Positions 19,049-26,995 of a DNA stretch of 64,000 nucleotides are shown piece by piece. The stretch covers positions 640,001 to 704,000 of the forward strand of contig CAXXKJ010000002.1 in NCBI GenBank assembly GCA_963675295.2, written 5' to 3'. The position numbers and the translations under genes are program-made. Origin of the DNA: a bacterium (GTDB lineage Bacteria > Electryoneota > Electryoneia > Electryoneales > Electryoneaceae). The notes under the pieces are model-generated. The model saw only the letters and a program-made list of their open reading frames with translations, searched no databases and was not told where the DNA came from. Numbering within the stretch: the stretch's first letter is position 1; every line of letters starts with the position of its first letter.

Positions 19049-19669
19049 TTACAGCTGAGGCACAACCCCCTGTGCAAGCAGAAGTTGATAATGCCCGTTC
19101 GCTGGAAATTCTGGAAGTGCGAAATCCAAGAGCAAGGTGAAGGTATGGAATCCCGGAGAAAAGTTAACGGAAAGTTGGCCATCCAAGTCAGGAAGTAACG
19201 GTTGAAATGCTTCTCCATCAATGCTGATGTGCCACATAATTGAATAATCGATATTCACATAGGTGTTGTTGTACACATCACTCACGTAATGAAGTGTTGG
19301 TGCGCCTTCGGCACCTGCAAACCCCTCGCAAAGTTTCCATATCATGGATTCTGATCCTTCAATCGTGCCGCAAAACTCAACGGAAAGAGGTTCTGTCATT
19401 TGACTTAGATGGACATTTGCGGCGGTCCAGTCCAATGTGAGTCGCATGGAGATTTCTGTTGTGTCTTCATCCGTAATGGAACGCGCGCCAAATTTCCGTC
19501 GATCCGCTGCCTTGCCAATGGAGATATAATGCGGTTTTCCATAGGGTTGAATTGAACGTGGTGGGTTCTTTGTTTCTGGTGTCCGCGGGGGTGGAGGTGT
19601 AGCTGCCAGCGATGATGCCGCAAGCAGCAATAACAAACTAAAAACGAGGTATACGTATATGACACGCAT
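19049..19669 (-). CDS. Secreted pilin-like protein (minor subunit candidate)
   Basis: Sec signal, Pro-rich N-extension, beta-rich body, C-terminus ANGHYQLLLAQGVVPQL paralogous to 21448-22149. Confidence 0.6.
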   Translation of the reverse strand: MRVIYVYLVFSLLLLLAASSLAATPPPPRTPETKNPPRSIQPYGKPHYISIGKAADRRKFGARSITDEDTTEISMRLTLDWTAANVHLSQMTEPLSVEFCGTIEGSESMIWKLCEGFAGAEGAPTLHYVSDVYNNTYVNIDYSIMWHISIDGEAFQPLLPDLDGQLSVNFSPGFHTFTLLLDFALPEFPANGHYQLLLAQGVVPQL

Positions 19670-19699
19670 GGTCTTGCCACGGTTAATGGCTTCAAAAAA

Positions 19700-21355
19700 C
19701 TAAATCACAAAAACTCTTGTCTTACGATACAACGATCCTTCATCAGAATCATACGTTATATAAAAAGTAGCTCTATATTTGCCATCTTTCAGCTCAGGAA
19801 TATTTAATGAGTAATTACGACGGCCATTCGGAAGTATGATTTGATCGCGTCCACCAAATTCAACACGGTCTGATATTATATCATAAGCTCCTGGATTGTT
19901 CTCTCGTTCGAGTGCAAAGATACCGGAAACAAAGCAGTATTTCGTTCCGTTATTTTCGACACTAAGGTCAAAGATGCATTTTTGGGTGTCTGGATCTTTG
20001 TGGACATAGATTGTGTCGATTGAAACCTCGGATTCTCCTGTTTCCGGTCCGGTCAGGATGATTAATTGCGTGCGTGCGCCACGAAACTCTTCCGCCAACG
20101 CAGGTTCCAGGCCCTTAGGTATCAGACTCAGCGCGGCATAATACTCGCCGTCCAACGTTTCAGGTGCCTCTACGCGTAGCTTTACCGTTGTGGAATGACG
20201 GGGAGGAAGCACGATCTCGTCGTCGACCTGTTCCAGCCAGGAAAGCGCAGACCGGCCGTGGTCAACGCCCGCCGGGCTGAAATAGGAGTTTCCCCGTGGA
20301 TCGATTGACCAGTCAATAGTTTCCGGTTGCAGCCAGATTGTGTCCAGGGCGATGCTTTGCAGGTTGGCAACGATGTAGGTTGATCCACCGGGAGTTACGG
20401 TTTTCCGCAACACGGGATCCCGGAACCGGAAGGCGGGCCGGGCTGCCCACCGAACCTGGGCCGTTTCATCCACCAGCACGTTCGGGATGGTTTGGCCGTC
20501 ACGGATTTCAAACGGGAATTCTTCCGAGATATTCCGGCCCTCGCGAGTCTGCAACGCGATACTCAGCAGGTAGTACCCGTCAACCAGCGCACCGACTCCC
20601 GTCGCTTTGAAATCCCGGGCACGGTTGGGAATGATATAGCCTTTTCCGGCGGTCAGCGGCAGGGTTTCCAGCCGCATGCCCGAGCCGCTCCACAGGCCCA
20701 CCGATCCCCGGACCATGGTGTGCGTATTCCCCGAATTTCGGATCGGAATCTTTAATTCCCAGCCCTTGCTTTGTTCAGAACGAGCGAGCAGGGATTGATT
20801 TTCGAGCTCTGCCTTTTCACCGTTCGGATAGACGATAATCGTGTCAGGATAGAGAACCGCTGCATTCCGCCTTGATTCGACGGTGAACATGAGCAGCACG
20901 GCGACCTGCAATTTCATTTCGAGGCCGGTTTCACCCTGATCCGTACTGATGTCAATCGGCATATCCTTGCTGCCGGCGGTGACTTTCAGCATGGCATAGT
21001 AGCCACCTTCGGCGTCGCGGGGAACGGTCACGGTTCCACTGAGCACCATTCCTTGAACCGGTCCGATATGTGCTGATTCCTGTTCAAGCGTAATCCAGTT
21101 CGCCGCACCGCGTGCGTAGGTCGAATCGTTGGCAACAAAGGGCTTGCCGGTTTCATCGATATCCATGTCATGGACGGAAAAAACAGCCAGCACCTCTTCA
21201 TCGCCATCGTTGTACACATTGAACTCGAAGGTGGTCGATCGTCCGCGTTTGACATCCAGTTCCTGGATCGGAGGGCTCAGCTGCAGCGCTGCTACTCCGA
21301 GCGATGGAAGCAGAATGGACAGGCAGATCGCGATGAGGCATGCTTTGGTGTTCAT
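19700..21355 (-). CDS. Periplasmic tandem PapD/WxLIP(DUF916)-like chaperone
   Basis: Signal peptide then LQLSPPIQELDV...FNVYNDG, VTVP...GGYYA, IRNSGNTH, IIPN..R, DGYY; the whole unit repeats in the C-terminal half. Confidence 0.7.
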   Translation of the reverse strand: MNTKACLIAICLSILLPSLGVAALQLSPPIQELDVKRGRSTTFEFNVYNDGDEEVLAVFSVHDMDIDETGKPFVANDSTYARGAANWITLEQESAHIGPVQGMVLSGTVTVPRDAEGGYYAMLKVTAGSKDMPIDISTDQGETGLEMKLQVAVLLMFTVESRRNAAVLYPDTIIVYPNGEKAELENQSLLARSEQSKGWELKIPIRNSGNTHTMVRGSVGLWSGSGMRLETLPLTAGKGYIIPNRARDFKATGVGALVDGYYLLSIALQTREGRNISEEFPFEIRDGQTIPNVLVDETAQVRWAARPAFRFRDPVLRKTVTPGGSTYIVANLQSIALDTIWLQPETIDWSIDPRGNSYFSPAGVDHGRSALSWLEQVDDEIVLPPRHSTTVKLRVEAPETLDGEYYAALSLIPKGLEPALAEEFRGARTQLIILTGPETGESEVSIDTIYVHKDPDTQKCIFDLSVENNGTKYCFVSGIFALERENNPGAYDIISDRVEFGGRDQIILPNGRRNYSLNIPELKDGKYRATFYITYDSDEGSLYRKTRVFVI

Positions 21356-21400
21356 AACCTACTCCACGGAAATCGGGCGAAACCGCACAGATCAAAAGCA

Positions 21401-21435
21401 ATGCGCCCGGCCGGCCGGGCTCCGGCCGGACGCAT
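21401..21435 (-). terminator. Intergenic hairpin after the putative major pilin gene
   Basis: ATGCG-C-CCGGCCGG...CCGGCCGG-A-CGCAT followed by TGCTTTT on the minus strand. Confidence 0.6.
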
Positions 21436-21447
21436 CTGCATGTTGGA

Positions 21448-22149
21448 TCAGGTTGTCGGAACCGGGCACCCAGCGATAACCAGCTGGTAGTGACCATCCG
21501 CCTGGTGTTCGATCAACAGGAAGGAACCCCACCACTGGAACCAGTGGTTACATGGCGCAACATTCCAGTTCAGCACCAGGTCGCCGTTGCCGTTCGGGGT
21601 ACAAGTCGCCCAGTCGTGGGTCACGTTCGACCCGATCGACAGGCCATTGCCCATGCGGCACTGCCATGCGATCGGAATGTCGCCGGCGGATCCGAACGGA
21701 GCTTCGATGAAGTGAAGCTTGTCGAGGTCCTGAGACAACTTGTCAAGGCTGACCCGGAGCGTTTCGTTCGAACGCACGGTTCCGCTGATGTAGAAGTTGA
21801 TCGTTTCGGCGCCTGTGAGCGCGTTGACACGATGCCAGTCGTAATCGGTGTACTGGTAGGTGCAAACCATGCTCAGTTCAATCCACAGATCGAGGGTGAT
21901 CGGATCATACTGAATGATCTGGCTCTCCCACTGATCCCCAACCAGATAGAACTGATGGAAGTTTCCACCGGCGTACAGGCACAGGCCACTGTCGTAGCTG
22001 CCGGTAGCGGTTTCCCAGTTGATCGGGCAGTTGCCCCACCCCTCAGCGAACGTCTGGCCGGTGAGCTGGTTCGTGTACTCCGGCGGACCTGAAGCGATCG
22101 CCGCTCCCGCGATCAAGCTCAGGACAATGATGAACGTTAACGGTTTCAT
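21448..22149 (-). CDS. Secreted pilin-like protein (major subunit candidate)
   Basis: Sec signal, strong SD GGAGGAG, several Cys, beta-rich, C-terminus ADGHYQLVIAGCPVPTT. Confidence 0.62.
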   Translation of the reverse strand: MKPLTFIIVLSLIAGAAIASGPPEYTNQLTGQTFAEGWGNCPINWETATGSYDSGLCLYAGGNFHQFYLVGDQWESQIIQYDPITLDLWIELSMVCTYQYTDYDWHRVNALTGAETINFYISGTVRSNETLRVSLDKLSQDLDKLHFIEAPFGSAGDIPIAWQCRMGNGLSIGSNVTHDWATCTPNGNGDLVLNWNVAPCNHWFQWWGSFLLIEHQADGHYQLVIAGCPVPTT

Positions 22150-22421
22150 GATACATCTCCTCCGCTTTGCACCTTATATTGGTGCAGTTAAGCCGTTCCG
22201 TGAGAAATCACGGATTTCGGCTTCGCGCGGCCGTCCGGAAGCTTCCCCAAGCGTTTGACCGGACGGCCATTTTTTACTGCCTACCTGGATTACTGCGTTT
22301 ATGCCCGAGTGGGCTGTTATGGGATGGAGGTGTGACCAATCGCCCGGTTAGGTGGCACACTCTCCTTTTCCCGAGACTGACTGACGAATCCGCGGTGCTG
22401 TTTCCCCGTCGTTTGTGTTGA

Positions 22422-24029
22422 CTATCCCTCAAGCACGTGAGGGGTTACAAAGATCACAATCTCCGAGTCGCGTGTGTTATCCTGCGTATAGCGAAAGAAG
22501 TAGCCGAGAAACGGTATACTTCCCAGGAGAGGGATCTTTCGTTGCTGTTTGTCTTCCACTTCCAGGCTCAATCCACCGATGGTGAAGGTGTCGCCATCGT
22601 TGATGCGAACCGTCGTTTCGGCTGCACGTGTGTTGATCTGCGGAAGACCTTCACTGTCCTCACCGATCACATCCCCAACTTGTGGCCTGAGATAGAGCGT
22701 AATCTCCTTTGTATCGGAGACAAGCGGGGTTATTTCTAGAATAATGCCAGATGTAATCGATTGTAAGGTATTTTGCGCATAATATTGATTTTGACTTGTC
22801 TGAATAATAAAATATTCGTCTCGTATCAATCGTATGCTTGCAGTCCTGCCATTCATGGTTGTGATCCGTGGATTCGCACGGATGCGAGCGTCCCCGGACG
22901 CCAGCAAGGCATTCAGCGAAACGCTTACATCCACCAATTCACCTCCAACCGACCCGCCAAGTTCAACAATTTCGAGAGTCGAGGATGGGGTGTCGATCTG
23001 GGGAGAACTGGTTGAGAACAATCGCGCATGGTTCGGATCCCGATTGCTCGCGGACCAGTCCACTCCCAGCTGCAATTGGCCGGTGTGCGTAATCTCGGCG
23101 ACAATGACTTCGATGGACACCTGAACCGGTGGTTCATCCATGGCGAGAATGTCTGCTTTGATTCGCTTGACAAGCGATTCGGGAGCGGTAATGAACACCT
23201 TGTTGCCAGTGTCTGAAGCCTTTACATAGTCTGAATAAATGTCTGGCAATGTATTTACCGCCGCACTCGCCTTGATATTTGTCAACTGAACAACATCCGT
23301 AATTGATATCAGCGTAAACGACGGATCCGTAGGATCAAGGCTGCCAATGATATATTTGTCATCCGTAAATACATAAGCATACCCCAGTGGCAATAAGATT
23401 GAATTCAGCAATTTGTCAATCGGCTGATCATTGGCTTCATAGGTGACCAGACCCTCTACCATCGGGCTCCAGAAGATGGGAATGCCTGTTTCGATGGAAA
23501 GGTCACTGAGAATCATGCCCAGATCAGTCTCATAGTAGGTGTTTGTAATTCTGAGATCCTGATGCGGGGAGGGATCGGCTGCCTCGTGGTTGAGTGTGTC
23601 TGAACGTGTATCGCTTGCTCGTGGTGTGTCACGGTACGATTGCTGGTTTATGACCATCGCGGAGTGACGCAATTTGCCGATCCGAGTGCTGTCTCGTTCG
23701 GAATCAGCCCACCGGTAGGCATCGTTGATCGTATTCAAGGCAGCTGCAGCGTCTTCGACTTCGAGTTGTGTTTCGGTCAGGAGCAGCAGGAAGGGAAGAC
23801 GGTCAGAAGAAAGGGGCAGGAATTGGAGTTTGTTCGTGAGGTAAACCTCAGCTTCCTGGTAGCGGTGTTCGTGGACCAGTTGCCTGGCAAACTCGTAGGC
23901 TTGAGCTGCGCCGTAGTCTGCAGGTCGTTCGGCTTTCGCGGCATTTGCCAGCAGGGACACAATCAGGAAGATCCATAGATACTTCAACCGACTTCGCCCC
24001 GGAAAATCTGAAGCCGTGATAAGACTCAT
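22422..24029 (-). CDS. Secretin (GspD/PilQ superfamily) with N-terminal TPR-like region
   Basis: N0 and N3 domains, QVSIEVIVAEI, ANPRITTMNG, GIILEITP, GDTFTIGGL, KIPLLGSIPFLGYFFR, IVIFVTP; ends without an S-domain. Confidence 0.93.
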   Translation of the reverse strand: MSLITASDFPGRSRLKYLWIFLIVSLLANAAKAERPADYGAAQAYEFARQLVHEHRYQEAEVYLTNKLQFLPLSSDRLPFLLLLTETQLEVEDAAAALNTINDAYRWADSERDSTRIGKLRHSAMVINQQSYRDTPRASDTRSDTLNHEAADPSPHQDLRITNTYYETDLGMILSDLSIETGIPIFWSPMVEGLVTYEANDQPIDKLLNSILLPLGYAYVFTDDKYIIGSLDPTDPSFTLISITDVVQLTNIKASAAVNTLPDIYSDYVKASDTGNKVFITAPESLVKRIKADILAMDEPPVQVSIEVIVAEITHTGQLQLGVDWSASNRDPNHARLFSTSSPQIDTPSSTLEIVELGGSVGGELVDVSVSLNALLASGDARIRANPRITTMNGRTASIRLIRDEYFIIQTSQNQYYAQNTLQSITSGIILEITPLVSDTKEITLYLRPQVGDVIGEDSEGLPQINTRAAETTVRINDGDTFTIGGLSLEVEDKQQRKIPLLGSIPFLGYFFRYTQDNTRDSEIVIFVTPHVLEG

Positions 24030-24749
24030 TTACCCCTCATAAACAAGTCACTATGTCAATGAAATAGCTGCGCCGAAGCACGTAGAATCATAGTACTCGG
24101 CTGCATGCCATCAAGCAATCGAGATCAAATAACGTATACAAACAAGCTTATTAACACTAAATGAAGTCGATAATCATTTACATATAACAGGACAATCGGA
24201 CAGCTGTGACAAAATCCTTGTCCGAGCAAACATCTTCTATTACTGGAGAAAGCTGACCCCCCCTGGGATGGTACCAGTATACTAACACAATTTTGGAATT
24301 GCGAGCTTGTGCGCAATTTTCTTATTTGGATATTGCTCCGAGAGACTATAAGATAATTATATATCAGGATCAATAATAAAAAGAAATAGTGCTAGATAAA
24401 GTCCTGATAAATTTAAAACTCCGCAGAAATGATTTATAATAATTAAGAAGATGATTTGAAAAAATTCCTTGCTGGCGAGCTATTTTTTGTCTCACGATAC
24501 AAGGAAATCACTCAGTCTCGTCCTTAGGTAACAACAGGGTAGGCATTAACACTCCCGAGTTATCATTGATATGTTTGGCACGCATAACAAAGGCTTAAAC
24601 TGGAACAAGAACAAAACATTATATTTAATAATGTTATAAAAGAGGATAGGGGCCTTCTTCGTGGGTACACGAGTCGGAAAGGGAGGATATCACCATTCTT
24701 CTATCTTAACAGAAACCAGGATGATAACATCGATATCAATGGTACTTGT

Positions 24750-25928
24750 TTAAAAATAGACATTTAATCGCGCAAATCCGGACAGCAGGCCGCTTGGAAA
24801 CGCTCCATCTTCTTCACCCAGCGTATAGCCCGCGAAGAGGGTCGCGTCGGCGTTCTGCGCGATGGAAATGGTCAGTCTCGGGTTGATCATGTAGGTTTCG
24901 TCGGGCGAAACGAACGCATACAGCGAGGCGGTTGTCAGCATGGTGATGTCGTAGCGTGTGCCGAGCATCAGCCACCCTGGCCCGACCGGTTCGCCGTACA
25001 GCAGGTTGGCCAGCCAGTCGCTGATCGGGTAGGGGGTTTCTTCTTCCGCGCGACCGTTGTAGAACCCTTCCGCCATGACATACAGCCCATTCTCGAAAGT
25101 GTAGTCGAAGCCACCAACGACACGGGCGAAATCGTCCTCGGATTCCATCCAGTTGTAGTTGCCTTCCATCCAGATACCGAGTCCGAGCAGCGAGCCGGTA
25201 AACTCGAGGCCGAGCGCTTCCCGTCGTTGCGTGCGCGGCATCAGGAATGTTGGATCGAGCGAGGTCGAGTCGGTGACCGAGTGCGCGGTGACGGCGACAT
25301 CGTAGCCGATCGCGGAGAGGTAGGTCGCAAGGCGCAGGGCGTAGCCGGACTGGTCGAAGTTCGGCCCAGGGGCCATGATCGCGGCGATCTGTCCGCCGAT
25401 ACCCCAGCGGTAGTCGAGCCGGATCGCGCCGACGCCTTCCTTTTCGTAGGTCGGGTCGATCAGCGATTTCTTGTGGAACAGGTCGGTGGGGTTGATGCTG
25501 TAGCCGGGTCCCCAGGACAGTTGCTGCTTCCCGGCGCGCAGGGTGAAGCCGTGCGTGTTCCAGGTGAGGAACGCGTTATCGAGATAGATCCGGCTGCGAT
25601 CGAGGTTGACCACCGGCTGCTGGCCGAACTGGCGCATCACACGCACGATATCCGGCGGCAGGTACGGTTCAGCATTGATCGCGAGATCGCTGTGGTAATA
25701 GAGGAAGTTGACATTGCCCCGAAAACCCAGCTCGCCGTCCTCACCGCCGGATTGCACGTCAAGCCGCACTTTTGACGCGCTGACCAGGGTTTCGTCGCCC
25801 TTTTCCGGCTGATCAATCTGGGTCGTATTTTCGTAGTAGCCGGAGAAGTCCGGTTGCGCGTGGCTGATGCCCGTAAGAAAGACCAGTGCCGCCACAGCCA
25901 GTATCCAGCGAAGTTGTTGTGCATTCAT
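24750..25928 (-). CDS. Outer-membrane beta-barrel (porin-like) of the MMPL operon
   Basis: Signal peptide from ATG 25928, LRAGKQQLSWG..NPTD, terminal YF. Confidence 0.8.
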   Translation of the reverse strand: MNAQQLRWILAVAALVFLTGISHAQPDFSGYYENTTQIDQPEKGDETLVSASKVRLDVQSGGEDGELGFRGNVNFLYYHSDLAINAEPYLPPDIVRVMRQFGQQPVVNLDRSRIYLDNAFLTWNTHGFTLRAGKQQLSWGPGYSINPTDLFHKKSLIDPTYEKEGVGAIRLDYRWGIGGQIAAIMAPGPNFDQSGYALRLATYLSAIGYDVAVTAHSVTDSTSLDPTFLMPRTQRREALGLEFTGSLLGLGIWMEGNYNWMESEDDFARVVGGFDYTFENGLYVMAEGFYNGRAEEETPYPISDWLANLLYGEPVGPGWLMLGTRYDITMLTTASLYAFVSPDETYMINPRLTISIAQNADATLFAGYTLGEEDGAFPSGLLSGFARLNVYF

Positions 25929-26141
25929 CGTATCGATTTCCTCATGCCCCAGACAGTCATCTCCGGGATGATCAACCGTTTCCCACGGGTCCCTGCTTTC
26001 AAGGTGCCTTCTACATCCAGGTGCCCCTGATGGCTCCGCCAACAGGGATCATCAGCCGTCTCCGGGTCCGCGTCCGCATTTTCTGCGTCACGAGTACTTC
26101 ACCACCTCATCACTCGATTACTTCACCACTCCACAGTGCTA

Positions 26142-26173
26142 TTCTTACCACGGACTTAAGTCCGTGGTAAGAA
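26142..26173. repeat. Perfect 32-bp REP-like palindrome
   Basis: TTCTTACCACGGACTTAAGTCCGTGGTAAGAA inside the operon's intergenic region. Confidence 0.75.
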
Positions 26174-26205
26174 GAATGGTACGCAGACACGGGCTAAGGC
26201 CGAAA

Positions 26206-26964
26206 TCATTCAATCGGCTCGCTCAGTGCGCCCTTGGTGAACAGGCGCGCGTCCGGTTCTTCGTTGTAGTGGATCTCGATGGTGTTCATCACCGTGTGCG
26301 AATTCCGCCGGTGGTTGTCCATCCGCATCGAGAACGCGGTCTTGCGGCCGTCCACGGTGCGAAAGTCGGACAGGACCAGGGTCTTCTCCAACCCTTCCTC
26401 GTCATAGTACTCGATCTTTCGCGAGAGGTGGTCGTTGGTTGAGGCCCAGATGATGAGGTGGTCGTAGGACGGTCCGTCCGGAGTCGGTGTCGCCTTCAGT
26501 TTGATCACCGGTTCGCCCTCGAGGGTTTCCTCGCCGAGGACTTCCGCCGTGTAATCTTCCCGCATGTCGCCGGTGGACAGGTCTTCGTAAGAGAAATCGC
26601 TGCCCATCGCGGACTGTTTCAGCGTGTGCCCGGCGTAATGGCGGGTCACATCCCGGCGTTTCATGTAGTACCACACCTGGTCGCCGCCGTCCAGCAGCAG
26701 GATTTTGTCGCCGGCGACGCGGGACGGGTCGGTGTACGCCATCAGCGACACATCTCCGCTGTCCGCGCTGAACGATTCGAAGGTGAAGGTGCGTTCGTCG
26801 CCGGAGGTGGTGGTGATGGTCTGCGTCATCGTGCCAATGGACCACGGTACCGACTCGGCGTCGTCAATCTTGCTCAGCCACCGCTGCCCGGCTTCGTCGG
26901 CGAAGGCGCAGCAAGTGATCAGTAGTATGGCAAATACTGTATGGAAGAAGACTCGTAGCTTCAT
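26206..26964 (-). CDS. LolA-like outer-membrane lipoprotein-sorting family protein
   Basis: Signal peptide; MGSDFSYEDL, KIEYYD, FT...L motifs. Confidence 0.85.
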   Translation of the reverse strand: MKLRVFFHTVFAILLITCCAFADEAGQRWLSKIDDAESVPWSIGTMTQTITTTSGDERTFTFESFSADSGDVSLMAYTDPSRVAGDKILLLDGGDQVWYYMKRRDVTRHYAGHTLKQSAMGSDFSYEDLSTGDMREDYTAEVLGEETLEGEPVIKLKATPTPDGPSYDHLIIWASTNDHLSRKIEYYDEEGLEKTLVLSDFRTVDGRKTAFSMRMDNHRRNSHTVMNTIEIHYNEEPDARLFTKGALSEPIE

Positions 26965-26995
26965 GGTTCTATCCTCAATCTGGTCGTGAACTCTA

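Noticed and set aside
22422-24029. Secretin as part of a local T2SS, T4P, Tad or filamentous prophage
   Set aside because: No ATPase, platform, prepilin or Zot/pI gene in the window; partners elsewhere in the genome cannot be excluded.
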